From contig NW_002060943.1 in assembly GCF_000150275.1 (NCBI RefSeq), forward strand, positions 408,353-472,352: 64,000 nt of DNA, written 5' to 3'. Position 1 is the stretch's first letter; each line of letters starts with the position of its first letter. The translations under genes and the position numbers were made by a program. Positions 1-23,300 of this stretch are shown one piece after another. A model generated the notes under the pieces. The model saw only the letters and a program-made list of their open reading frames with translations, did not search any database and was not told where the DNA came from. This stretch comes from Trichoplax adhaerens. Taxonomy: Eukaryota > Animalia > Placozoa.

Positions 1-2410
1 GATGAACTATTGCAAACCGAGAAAGATTTTGTTGGATATCTTAAATTTATCATCCAGGTCTGAATTTAAAAATAGGTCTAAAATTGACATTAATATCATG
101 ATCAAGTTAATTATCATAAGATTAAAGCATTGATAATATCGATAGTCTTATGACAGAAACCAACTTACGCATGTAAATTATAACAATTTGATTTAGGATG
201 TATTATACGAAGCAAAAGCACATCCCAATATGTTTTCAGAAGAACAGATTAAAACAATTTTTGGAAATTTAGAAAATCTATTTATATTACAGAAAGATTT
301 TCTAAAAGATTTAGAAATTTCAGTTTTAAAGAATGACAACATATCATCGCGTATTGGCAAATGTTTTTTAGATTACGTAAGTTGTTAGCTGTTAGTGTGT
401 AGGCTAATTAAATGATTGTGATTTATTGACTAAATTAAATCACTTCGAGTGTATCCTATAGATGATATCAATCTACTTAAAGGTTTGCTAAATATAAATT
501 TAAAATTTTTTTATGACAGGGTGATCGTTTTGGTATTTATACTGAATATTGTGGAAATCATCCTAATGCCTGTGCTGAAATACGACGATTGTGCACTAAT
601 TTGAAATATCAGCGATTTTTTGAGGTAATATAAGAATGGCATGTTCTTTAATTGAATTGCAATTACAATTTAGCTGGTTAAACTTTCACGTGTCTCTTGT
701 AGCCATTGTAATTTTTTTAAGACCATAGTTCTTGAACTATTTTCACGATGAAATACAAATGAAGACACTGGTATATCAATAAATCGTTCAGAAATAAGCC
801 TAATCATTTATCTGCAATCTATTATAATTTTAGTTGTGTTGCAAACTGCATCCACTTGGTACATTGGGTATGGATGGATTTTTAGTTATGCCAGTCCAGC
901 GTATTTGTAAATATCACCTACAGCTAGCAGTAAGTGATCATAAGTGTAAATGCGTATTGTATAAATTAATTGCCTTGATCGCCCACTACAGTCTAGCAGT
1001 GGATGATTTTATAATTATTTAGCTAAGAGAAATGGTAGATTTAAATTATTTTATCTTCATGGTATCTTTTCATGTAGGAACTACTTAAGCATACATCGCC
1101 AACTAGTAGCGAGTATAGTATAGTAAAGGCTGCTCACCAACGTATGAAAGGTGTAGCTAGTAAAATAAATGAACAGAAAAGATTAATTGAAAATATTGCG
1201 CAAATCGCAAACTGGCAGAAGTCGATCGAAGCATGGGAGGTTAGTTTTTAAAAGCTTAATCTTATATTGTCAATATCTGGTTACCAATGAAAATTGCACA
1301 AGCTTGATTGAATTTTTTACTTTTTACGTACGCTCTAGGGTGATAATGTGGCTATGAAAAGTATCAAATTGATATATAGCGGACCTGTGCGTTTATTGTC
1401 GAAAGGCAAAGTGAAAGATCGTATGTTTTTCTTATTCGACCGTCAATTAATTTGCTGTAAAAAGGTAAATCATACAACAAGTATTACTCTCAAATAGATT
1501 GAAATTTGCGACAAGAGTTGTTTCCTTGTAGATTAAATTGTTCGAATGTAAAAGTATATTCAACGTTAATGGTATTTGTTTGTGTACTTAGGATGGTGGA
1601 GGATTAACAAAAGGTAATTTAGTATATAAAGGACGCTACGATCTAGAAGAATATGATATTATTCCACTGGAAACTTTTGAAGGTAATATTTAAATAACAA
1701 TTTAATTATTTTATAGACATTAAAGGTTTTGATTGTGATTTTCTGAATGCTGTTTCCTTAATCATATGAATAGAGGAAATATTGGAAAGTGAGGGTTGGA
1801 AAGTACGCTGTAAAGATGATGTATTTATATATGGAACAGCTACTGTAGAAAGAAAGAAAGAATGGGGTGATGCTTTTATTCGAGAACGTGAAGAAGTTGA
1901 AAGTATGGAAGGTAACAAAATAGTGTTGAATGTACTGTTATAAAATTCATTATGATATTATTATTGACTTTTTAACTTTTATATAGATTTGGAAATTCCT
2001 GAAGATATACGACGAGCTTTAATTATAGCATCGACAAAAACAGAAAAGAAGAAACCGCTTTGTAAGTAGAATGTAATATTTAAAGTTTTAATCTTTCCCC
2101 ATTTCTTGTTTTACTTTACTTTCGAGCCTTTTAGGATAATTTCGATTGATAAATACCGCGTATATCCTAATTTTTGTTCTCTTTGTCGTGTTATCTCATA
2201 GCAACAAGATTAAAGTTATCACGTACAAATACAGAGCGTATATTAAGGGATTTTAATGATGATAATGAAGTTTTCACGAGGCAGCGTTTAAATACAATAT
2301 CAGGGCCTGTTATCGATATAAGATCAAAAGCAATGCAAAATAAGAAAGCTGGCCGATGGACTAAATTTGCTTTCCTTAATCGTAAGAAAAAATCAGAAGA
2401 AAACGATTAA
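1..2410 (+). CDS. Dbl-family RhoGEF (DH-PH), ARHGEF9(collybistin)/ARHGEF4/SPATA13 family; 5' end lies upstream of the window; multi-exon
   Basis: Exons ~1-57, 197-376, 520-624, 834-929, 1078-1239, ~1339-1464, ~1592 onward, last exon ending at TAA 2410. They give [13 protein letters not shown]...IFGNLENL...[13 protein letters not shown]...[24 protein letters not shown]...[18 protein letters not shown] (DH) then [16 protein letters not shown]...YKGR (PH), closely matching recalled collybistin/Asef motifs. Confidence 0.88.
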
Positions 2411-3655
2411 TGTTGACCTAACTATTGAGATGGTGATCAAGATTGGAAAATGATGTTGATTCAATGGAATCGCCCATTGGTGCGTCTGTTTATAAATTTT
2501 TGAAATGGATCATTCGAGTGATTTCCATTTTATAAACTGCAAGAGTAAAATTACTGGGGATCTCATTATATCTACTAATTTGATTTCTAAATTGTTGTAC
2601 TTGCTTAGTTATATATAACATAATGTATCATCTATTTACTATTGAACAGGGTATAATATTGAATTATTTGTAGAGTTTTGAATCAGTTTTTGTATATTAT
2701 CCACATATGATAAGTCAAATATTGATATAAAGAGATGATACTATGGCACTGGTTTACTACAATAATATCGCTACTTGCATTTTATATTTTGTATATAGAA
2801 TATATATATATATAGTGTTGCTATACATCAGAGTAAACAATGAGGATAAGATTGGCTAATCGGCATCCACTAGCAGTACCAGCATGTACATTTAAATTGA
2901 TGAAAAGCTTCTTTTTAAGTCATTAATTAGATTGAGATGATAAGAATTTTATCTTCTTTTTTAGTTGATTACTTCAGTCTTATTTTTAAAGTCTCATAAA
3001 TTGAATGATAATTATTCCTGTGTATACTCTTTCCCTTCACAAGAACTGATGCTGTTTTTGCCTGTAGTTTTATTGATCGAAAGACTCAAGGATTGATAGA
3101 TTATCTTACATTGTTTTCAATTATTGCAACTGACGTAAACGATGATTTAAACGAAATTCTATAACAGAAAACCATAAAAATATTGTGGAACTATTCAATG
3201 TTGTTATCATATTGTCATGATGTTTTATTAACTTTGCTCTCTCTCTCTCTCTATATATATACACTTTTCTCTCGTTGAAATGACATGGATGGAAATTATT
3301 CAATTTCAGACATTTCATGCGTAGATTTTATTGTAACTAGAAAACATTGTACGTTATTGCAATTTGACACTGATATTATATAGCAAGACGAAAAATTGTT
3401 ATCAAAATTGAATAAAAAGTCATTTATTACACACTTACTCTCGGATGACGATTATTCGAATGTAAAGCCCTCTCTCGCTAATATACTGTAGAGGAGGAGA
3501 TACCGTATCATTTGACCTTGCAAAAGGAACAATTTGGCCATTTGCCTATCATCATAGGAAGGCGTCGGCAATGGCAATATTCATGCAAGATGAAGGCATA
3601 CTAATTGCATGTTTTCGATGGGAGTTATTTTGACGAATGTCGGTGCGAGGATAAG

Positions 3656-4087
3656 CTTCTAGGTAATACTTTGACTGATGAGATGATTGCCCTTGTAGAT
3701 TATGTGGTTGCACACCGTACAGTACCGTAGTAATAAGGAAAGTGAATCGTTAATCTCATATTGCAATTCCTTACTTCTAGGTAATACTAGACTGATGAGG
3801 TAATTGCCTTTGTGGATTATGTGGTTGTGCAGTACTGTAGGAATAAGGAAAGTGAATTGTTAATCTCATATTGCAATCCCTTACTTCTAGGTAATACTAG
3901 ACTGATGAGGTAATTGCCTTTGTGGATTATGTGGAAAGTGAATCGTTAATCTCATATTATAATTCCTTACTTCTAGGTAATACTAGACTGATGAGGTGAT
4001 TGCGCTTGTAGATTATGTGGTTGCACACCGTACAGTACCGTAGCAATAAGGAAAGTGAATCGTTAATCTCATATTATAATTCCCTAT
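3656..4087. repeat. Tandem repeat, 4 units of ~118/110/86/118 bp
   Basis: CTTCTAGGTAATACT recurs at 3656, 3774, 3884 and 3970, each followed by GACTGATGAG...GATTATGTGG...GGAAAGTGAAT.GTTAATCTCATATT; units 2 and 3 have internal deletions. Confidence 0.92.
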
Positions 4088-4898
4088 TTAGGATTAACTC
4101 AACTACGAATATTATTTTTGATTAAAACTAAATCGAACCAAACGTTATCATTCGCCACTAGTCTCCGAACTTACTGTAATTCCTAACCCTAAAGGCGATT
4201 ACAAGTCAATCTGGAAGTTTTTGACAATCCTAGCAATTTTAGGACTGTGCAACCTCGGGTATTGGCCATATCATAATCGATCTCTATACGAGTATATCGA
4301 ATGATTGAATACCAATTATTCAGTTATGAATTGATCAACAGTAAAAGGATATGGAATCGCTACGATCTGATGATCTATTCTGCAGTAATTGTTTTGTATG
4401 GTTTGTATGAGTACGAAGACAGTGGAATGGCGCAGACTTGTCTCGTTGATAGGATCAACTTGTTCCAAGTATTCTTCTTCAGTTCATAGTAGGGCTGCAA
4501 GAAGTGAAGAGGAAATAAGCTTTCCTTCTTTTCCCTTGTTCGGAGCTCAGAAAAACTTTCACTCCATGGAGGTAAAGGGAAATCTTGATTCTTAGCTCAG
4601 CACTTAGAAGTAATAATTACTATGTACTTTGCAGGGGTGTTTATTTTCTTATCAGACGTAGAAAAAGGGAAAAAATATTACTGAAACTAAGGTAAAGTGG
4701 CCATATTTAACACCATTACGTAGCTAGAGAGCTGAACTTTTTATACAAGTTGATCGAATTATGCTATTCGTCATGTCCATTATAAAATATCAGTTGAAAG
4801 ACGAAATGTGCTACAGAACAGTGGAAGCTCTTAGTAATAATAATAATTGATCAAGAACTTTGCCATCCAAGAGTTGGAAACGAAAATAAAACATAGCG

Positions 4899-5115
4899 GT
4901 ACAGTGTACAGTGTACAACATACAGTATATTGTACAATGTACTGTGCGGTATTGTACTGTACGGTTCAGTACAACACAGTGTATTCGTCTTAACCCTAAC
5001 CCTACTAATGGACTGTACATGTGAGCACCATGTGAATACTGTACTGTACTATACTGTACACTTGCCATCCAGTACAGTACTAATACATAGTGTTTTCCAG
5101 CTGTCCGTACCAGTA
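4899..5115. promoter_or_regulatory. GTAC/TACAGTA-rich tract at the RagA 5' end (putative promoter)
   Basis: Dense GTACAGTGTACA/TACTGTACTGTAC run ending ~30 bp before the first ATG-bearing exon (5146); includes TAACCCTAACCCTA at ~4991. Confidence 0.55.
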
Positions 5116-5514
5116 CCTCATCGACTGTGAGAGAAACGGACTTTCATGCCGGGCGAGACCGAGGTAAGTCAATGGATTGCATGATTATCCATCATTTTAT
5201 TGCTCGATAGAGGCATCAATTTGATCGATGGACGGGTAGACTAGTCCAATTGATGGTCTACTCTGTCTGGTTAATATGTCGGCCAACTAAAGTAGCCTTT
5301 TCTTAGCATAATTATGCGTTGATGGATCAATATCGATCGACATCAATTTTATCTTGATGATGATGATGATGATGAAATAATTCATCAACTTGTTGTCAAT
5401 CTTTGCTAGTCAAGAGCGACAAGTTGGACTGTTGCAATGCAATTTAATGGATATTATAAATCATTTTTAGGTCATCAATCAACATTTTACACCGATTAAT
5501 AAAGTCAAGCTATC

Positions 5515-8929
<3,415 letters not shown>

Positions 8930-9821
8930 TTTCTTATCATTCGAAAATGAAATTAATACAGCAATCTGTGTTTTTTTTCTTCTTCGATGACCGATGTCTT
9001 GTCTTATAGTGTGTTTGTGCACAGATATGGATATCGAGGCTCTCTCTTAATGACGCTAGCATCATTAATTAAAGTATCACAATCATGAATAAGATTGGCA
9101 CTTGTAGTGATTTCTACCTTATTACTTCGCCATCGTGTGAACTAAAAGAGAAATCTGAAATTCTACGATTATAATTATAATTACTAATAGTATGGCAGTA
9201 ATTTCACTATGATTCTGTTGCACGCAAAAGGTAAACGTCAAATCGATGGTTTTAAATCCTTAAAATTTAATTCGGTATTAAAATTTGTATAATTGTAGGA
9301 CTAAGGTTATAGTGTAATTATTAATTGATGATGTTGTTGTAATCGTAGTTAAAACCATGACTCTGAATTTAAGTAAAAATGTGTACTTTTTATTTAACTA
9401 GTCATGAGATAAATTCAACAGTCGAGAAGGGTTTTTATTTTGTACAAATTTGATATTTCGTAAAATAAAACATTAATAAGGTGTTTACTTGTTTATTTTG
9501 AAATATTAACACCGCTGCTGAGTTTATTATTAACATGTACCAGCAGCGCAACTGTGAAAGTAATACACTGTAGACGACCGAGGTCACACCAAAAGTGCCA
9601 AAAATGTTATGTTGAATCCAAGAAAAACGTACAACGACGATGTTAGATCGATACGGAAAATAGTATAACACTAGATAATAAGTAATCAGTAGCCCAGGCT
9701 TGGATTTTCCAGCAGACAATCTCATGAAAGATAGAAGGTGCTATTCTGACAAATGTCCATAGATTAATAAGTAATATAATCGTAACAAATGACTTAAACG
9801 GATACGCTCACTCGATTCTAG

Positions 9822-12817
9822 TTAGACTACAGTTGACTTTAACCGTGAAGCGATTTTTGGCTTTGCATATTCAACAAATTCGTCAATAACCACCGGCCAG
9901 GCACCTACAGTAGAGTGAAATTGGTATTGATAACAAATTTAAATACGGCACCATAAGGAGCTAGAGAAAATTTTTACATTACCGTCTTCATCATAATTTG
10001 ATAAGTCTTCTTTAATTGTTAGAACAAAATCAAGTAATAAATTCCACGTATCCTTCGGTATTGAGCGCTTATAATGTTCCTGTCAATAGCAAATATACAG
10101 TAATTTTACACACATAATGGAGGTAATGCTGCATTTTACCTACATGCTTTAACTATATCCTAAAATTGCATTAAACAAACTTTGTTACAATAACGTAAAT
10201 GAAATATAAATGTAATATTTTGGATATAGCTTTCCTAGACATACCGGTCAATCATTAGTATTAAGAAATTTTTGATGTCATACAATACCTTTAAAAAGTC
10301 ACACCATAGGTCAAGAGCTTTAAATCTCTCCTTTAAAATTAAATTCCAATACGCAATTGCTGTATTTAATTCTAAGAAACAAGATTAGGAAAGTATTGAT
10401 TTATTGCAGTTTGAATTTGCTATTTGTATTAATATGGTATGAAAAACTTGGGATGAAAATCTCGCTGTAGTAGCAGCGAAATAACTTAATAAATGTGTAT
10501 TTAAGATTTTTTCAGTCTTACTATACGGTCGTATGGTAATCAAAGATCCAATGGATGTGTAAAATTTAACCTCAATACTGTTGTATTACCACTTGTAGCT
10601 GATATAAAATATACTTTTACAGACTAGTAGGTTTACTCGTATATAGGCAAAACACGGTAAGAGTTGTCTAGATGGTCAATCAGCAGTTTCCCATCGGCAA
10701 AGGTTTGTGAAAAAAGAAAGAGTAACGTGTAATAGCATGGTACAAATTACTATAATGTACACTGTACCATACAGGCATAGACTACTAGACGATTATCTAG
10801 GTTTTCTTTTAGTAGGCTGTGACCTTACAGTGTACATTGTACAGCTTAGGGAATACGCACACTATTGCCCTATATATATAATCTATTGCTACTTTAGGCA
10901 AACCAAGAACCTACTTTCTAACGACAATAACCACTTCATATGGCTACCTACATTCACTATTTTTACCACGACACTATCCTAAATTATAGCAAAACAAATA
11001 AAAATAATGGACGTAATACTCAACTTGACGTAGTCTATCATGCACAACTCATATCTGTATACGCTTGGTAAGTATGATGTTGATTTTAATCATCGGGATT
11101 CTATGCGTATAAAATGTCTTAGTAAATGCTTATTAATTGTGAGCATACCCATTCCTCGCTGTTGCGGATTCTTACCAAAACCAAATGTAAATTGATAAAA
11201 TTCCTTAAATTTTACTGAATCTTGTATTTCAGCTTCTAAATTATTAATTTGATTTTTCAATTTTTCAATAGAATCACATCTATGAGTAGATAGAAAAGAG
11301 ATGTTAGGAAATATAAATTGAATGAACCAAGTTTAAATCAGATTCAACAATATGTAGTACAGACAGTATCTATTATGTATAAGGTATAAAAACTTCTTTA
11401 GTTCAGTTGCATATTACAATTTAGTTGCCTTTGCATTATTGGACTTTTGGCTTGATAAATTGTATTTATTGATGAGTCTTGGAAAAGTTAAAGTAGCGCT
11501 TACAATAATGTACCAGAAGTATCTGGTTCATGGCTTGGTATGTGTAAAAACTCTCAATTTGTTACAGATATAACTAACTATAGCATAATCTGCAGTAGAT
11601 TTAGGTACTTACTATAATATATTTATAAGTGGATAGTAGGTACAGATTAATTGCTAAACGATCGAATCCCAGGCTGTATATAATATAATTTTAAGGTAGC
11701 TCGATGACTTACGTACTATAAGTGTATTATCATAAGTACCGTTTTTAGTTCAATAATTCTACTACTTGTTCATTCGGATGAATTATCATCATGTTTTTTG
11801 TCACTACGTTAATTTTAGCTTTTACTCGATATGTTCAAGAAGGGATATTCTACACCATGTAGGTGATGGTTATTTACGTACACCATAGCTAATACTGAAT
11901 GCATGGATAAATTGTCCATTGACACGATAGCAACAACATGGCAAAGAGTAGTTTATGATTTGTTACAATACGGCAATCCGTATACGTTATCATGATATGC
12001 TATTGAATTCGTTTCATTCATTCGTTGATTGGAATCAATATACTACGTACTGTAGACTAATCGGGCAAGCACTGAAAAGGTAGTGGTAAGTATGAGTAAA
12101 ACTATCACAATCGATATTCATTTTTATTTTATGCGATCTAAGGATAGTTAAGTAATGACTGTATTGAGTAAAGAGATTGTAGAATATTGTTTAAGATTGT
12201 TGTAATTTATCGTAATCGATGAGAGGATAAGAGGAAGAATCCAAGCTAATGTAGGCATTTTGTTAGAATAACAGATATGTACAGACCCTAATTCAGTCAT
12301 TCCAGTCATAAATTCCCTCTTGGTAAAGATACATTGAGTTTGAGCTTTAAATTTCCATGCAATAAGTAAGACAGGCTGACCAACAGGATCGAGTTGTAAG
12401 TCCTCACAAAATCGAAAGATACCATCTTCTAAAATTTTATCTTCTTCATTAGGATCTTTATAACGATCAAAAATGGTACCTAGGCGTTTTTGATCGATTG
12501 CTGCTGATCTTCTGGTTGAGGAATATTTGTCAGGATATTGATAATAATCATCGATGGCAGCTTCTAATTTCCAATCATGTGCTGATAGGCAATGAATTGC
12601 AGCTTTTTCAGTAGTTTGCGTCAATGAGATAAATTGACGTATTTTCTCGCGTTGAGATGACTTTAATCGATACTAATGGTGTTAGAAAAATGCATGATGA
12701 CAAGTAGACTCTACATCAATTTATTTTATCTATTCAATTTCATTATGACGACAACTGATAAGCAATGTTTTAATCTATCTAATCTAATTTATAGATTCTT
12801 CCTTGGCACTCTACCAT
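9822..12817 (-). CDS. DCUN1D1: DCN1-like neddylation E3 (UBA-like + PONY), DCUN1D1/2 orthologue
   Basis: ATG-only first coding exon (12817-12815, then GT). Exon from 12672 [37 protein letters not shown]...[20 protein letters not shown]; ~11279-11149 CDSIEKLK...[19 protein letters not shown]; ~10371-10289 [10 protein letters not shown]...LDLWCDFL; ~10079-9983 [12 protein letters not shown]...YDED; last exon [13 protein letters not shown], stop 9822-9824. Confidence 0.94.
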
Positions 12818-13055
12818 TTGTATTTTGATTTCTCCTTTGCGATCTGTAATTTTCGTCGGCTCATTCGTACTGCAAGGGAAAGTAGCAGCTCCAACTGCAT
12901 CCACCGGTGCACCTAATGGCGTAACTAAGCTAACTGGCTGCGGTCAAGAAGATTAGTCAGCTTGCTAGCCTGAGAGTAGTGGACATGACGGTCTTTTCGA
13001 TCTATAGTAAATTATAGTTTATTCTGACTGAATTGCGTAGGCAACTGTTGCCTTT

Positions 13056-13865
13056 CTACAGTGCACTCCCTACAGTACAGTATTGTCGTTTTACAGTACA
13101 ATGGTGGTATGCACTGTAAGGGTCTGTCGCTGCAAGCGGCTAACCCAATGGGCACTTTGAGCTTATGGTCGCACTTTTACTGTCGATACAGCTATGGACG
13201 ATCAAGAAAGCGAGGCTGATAATGATGAATAAAACATGATTGATAAGTGTACATGTTCTGTAAGAGAGACAACTCTTTTCTGAGTGCCTGAAAGCAGCAT
13301 GAAGATCTAGGAAAAGTATGGATTTTCTGCTACGTTTTTGGACCAAGTTCTCGACGTTTGTGAACCCCATGACGGAGTCGATCTTGACTACAGCTGTATC
13401 GCCTAATCTAGTAGTCTATGCAGTCATGACTAAACCACAGACTTTGACAAGAAATTAGTCGCTTATTGAGTGCTTAACAGAACCCATACTGTGTAGTATG
13501 GACTATTCACTTGAAAAAAAGATCATTTTTAATTGGTAGTTCATGGCTGTAGCAATGATGGAGATAGAAGGATTTTTCCTTCTATCTCCATGGTAGCTGG
13601 GTCTCACTTGAGGCGAGTCGGTACAGTACACTGTACTGTAATCCAGTGCTGGGACTGTAAAACCGATGGATCGTACTGTAGCCTACAGTGTACAGTCCAT
13701 ACACTAGAAACGCAGTCCTGTACTGTACGGTACTGACACTGGTACTGTACCAGTAACCACCCATACATGTCTGAACTACTATAGGTACAGTATGCGTGTC
13801 GCGGTTGTGGATGGTGAAGCGACTGACATTTTCTCCTTCTGTACCGTATGACGCGCGTACTGTCG
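13056..13865. promoter_or_regulatory. Divergent DCN1/U2SURP promoter region with two GTAC-rich tracts (~13056-13100 and ~13620-13865)
   Basis: Head-to-head ATGs at 12817(-) and 13959(+); one TACAGTAC/GTACTGTAC cluster lies next to each gene. Confidence 0.55.
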
Positions 13866-13958
13866 CTGATCCCATATTGAGTCTGCGTTGAAGTTGGATG
13901 TCAGACTCAGAGCGGAACCTTGCACTAGTGAAATCGTTCTGGATGTCGGCCTTTCAAA

Positions 13959-20185
<6,227 letters not shown>

Positions 20186-20330
20186 TACAATTCCCCATAA
20201 CTGTATTGTATATAAGGAATGATGTAATTGTACTATTCACCGTGGATGTGCTGTTAAAGAACTGTTCATAAACTGGTTAAAACTGATGATCGTTTTAGAT
20301 ATATCAATGTTTTCATTCTGTATTAAAATT

Positions 20331-20344
20331 AATAAAATTTTATT
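20331..20344. terminator. Palindromic bidirectional poly(A) signal (AATAAAATTTTATT) between convergent U2SURP and EIF2A
   Basis: AATAAA on + at 20331-20336 and on - at 20344-20339, within the 214-bp gap between the two stop codons. Confidence 0.55.
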
Positions 20345-20399
20345 ATCTTCATTCGATTCAATTTATGAAAACTGTTGAATGATATCAATAGAAGATAAT

Positions 20400-23300
20400 T
20401 TACGATAGTTTCAGCATCTCGATCTCACGCCTGATTTCAGTTTCTAGTTGCAATTTTTCTACCTGGAATAAAAAATTTCAAGGGATTTTTATATCAGTAG
20501 CAACGAAAATTATAATAGCTAGCAACAATGCATTTTTGTAGTCTGAGTACAAATAAGCATGATCATTCGAAATTCAATCAGATTTATAAGTTACAGTAGC
20601 TGAAAAATGTAGACGGCGCTAAAAAATAGTAAGTCGATCATGAGATCCTTTACTATCTTCAAGTAAGCGTATATAAAAATTAATTATTGCTCAGAAGATT
20701 AAGTTAAGTATAAGAACTGGTAGTTATATTATCAGTGTATTCGGAATTTTACCTGATTTGCTTCAAGCTTTTTTCCTTCACTCTGTTGCTCCTTAAGGTT
20801 TTCTATCTGGCGTAGTTTCTATAATACCGTACAAAGCTTACAGTTACAGTTCAGTAATTCCATTTCTATCCAACAATAGCTTATTAAGTTCAGCGTCTAA
20901 CCCTTTGCAGATTTTTAAGCTTTTTCTGGTTCTCTTGCTGACGCAGGGAGGATGAATTTTTTAATGCTGGTGCTTGACCACTAACATTTTGATTACCTGC
21001 AGCTTCACTATTACTAGTACTCTAGAAATTGTTATCAATATTAATTTATCTAAACTAATAATATAAAACATGTAAGCTTTTCAATACGACTTTTAAACAC
21101 TGTTTGAGTAGATAAATTTAAATCAACCTCCTTAGATTTAGCTTTAGCATCTCTCTTTTTCTTGTTTTTTAACGCGGATTTAGATACTGGCTTGTCTATA
21201 ATTTTTGAAAAATAAAATAGTGTATGATATTTTAACAGCAAATGGATCGAAATATATCGATATAACACACCTATGGTTAAAGTAGACGAGTAAAACATTT
21301 TATTATCTGGCAGTTATCGTAATAATCACTTACCATCTTTTGCATTTGATGAAAGAGTGAATTCTTGATCGTCGTGCTATAAAATAAAATAAATTCGTCT
21401 TAGTAACTGATAGTATTCTCTTATTAAACAATGTTATTACCAACCAATTTAATTCTAGATTTAGCCCCCCTAGCTCCAGGAGGTCGATAGACAGCTGGTT
21501 TAGCTACATGCAAGTAAAGTATAAAAATTAATAAAGAATATGTCCTTCGAAGGTAGAAGGCTTGCAGTACCTTGATGCTTGGGTGCAAGCGTGGCACCTT
21601 CAATAGGTTTGCTGCTAATTTGAAATGGCGGAAATAGATCACTTGGAACGGGCCTCCAGCGAACCTTTCGTAAAATATAAAGGCATATAATTCATTTTAA
21701 CTTCATACATATTAGTGACAATGATGCATCTTAACAAGAGGGAAATGCCTTTAAACTTATAGCCATAGAGTTTAAACTCTATCTAATTTAGCATTGTAAC
21801 ACAATGTAACTATTCAACTTTGAAACAGCATAATTCATGACAAAATTACAGTAGTTACCTCCCATAATTCTTCTTTTGGTTTTATCACCTGCACTTCGTG
21901 CAGAAGAGAGCCAGAATAATGCCAAATTTTATATCTTACATATAGAATACCATCAATTACAAACATAGGGCAGTGGAATAATGCGAAATACAAAACTTGC
22001 ACATGATCAGCTATATACTACATCTAACGCATGAGTACAATATGTTAGACTACGCTAGCTGGCACGTAGGTTACCCATTTCCTTGTCGCAATCGCGGAGC
22101 AGTCGTTGCTGTCGCAAAATACTGTCCGTCGGGACTCCATTCGAATTGTGTTGAATCGCTAGCCTATAGGAAGCGTGTTTGATAAATAAACGTAATCATT
22201 AACCTAAGTAAGCTATTTTAACATTGTAGTCGTTTCTGCGATATATAACCGAAGCAAAGGTATTACAGATCACTGCATACTTATACATCTATGAGTTTTA
22301 GATGCCTGGAGTAGCTGAAATTAATCGTAAGTAATAATAAAAGTGAAAATGGCGATCTTACTTGAAATTTAGAGATGAGTTTCAAGTCTTGCCTATTCCA
22401 AAATTCCTAGAATTATATTTACATTTACATAGTATTTAGAATCCTAGGGCAAATACTGTAAAAGTAATCGATAATTTGTTTACCATTTCTCCTTTCAGGT
22501 TGCCAAATCCAGCGAGACAAATTACTATCAGACTTAAAGAGTGATACTCTGCTATTTGAAGTTGAAATTATTACGTAATCACTAGTTACAGTTGAAAAAT
22601 TGCAATATTTTTCTTGCACTAACGCATTTAGCATAGGTCAATTTAAAAAAGATACTAGTTCCTTGAGGATTAAAATATATCAAATTTCGATAAGAAGAAC
22701 CAAATTCATGGATAGGATCGCATTTTAAATTATATAATGTTGCTTTTGCCGGCATAGCTTTAAATGAAAGTCTTAAGTCAAGGAATTTTTGGTCACAGTT
22801 TAAAGACTTGAAACATGCAGTCAATACTTTTAATTTGTTATTTTACAAAAAGATAGCACTTGAAATTTATCTAGTTGATACATCCGTAAACAACACAAAA
22901 TTCTCTTCCATTTGGGCTCCATTCGACAGAGTAGATTGGTCCTGTTTTCGCTAAATATATATTTACATGTAAATCATTCTATAAGAGACTAGCTGAATGA
23001 GTTTAAAAACTGTTATGGTTCGTATGTATTATTGAGATATACAACGTATAATTAAAGTTTGATAAAGCGAGCACTACTAACCTAATGAAACGTGAATACT
23101 ATTTCCTTCGTCATCAAGAAAATATAAGCTTTGTTCCCCATAATAGGAAGACCCAGTTTTATCAGATTCCGTTGATGCATGCAATAACAATGACTTACCT
23201 AATATTGAGAAATATCTACATTTAATGCTATGGGAGTGCACACTGTTATTTATTATGAAGGATAAAAAAAATACAAAATGTATACATTTATCTGATCATA

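Noticed and set aside
4301-4595. Short ORFs duplicated at 63395-63689, and a ~74-codon ATG-less minus-strand frame
   Set aside because: No recognisable homology; recurrence is explained by the duplicated segment.
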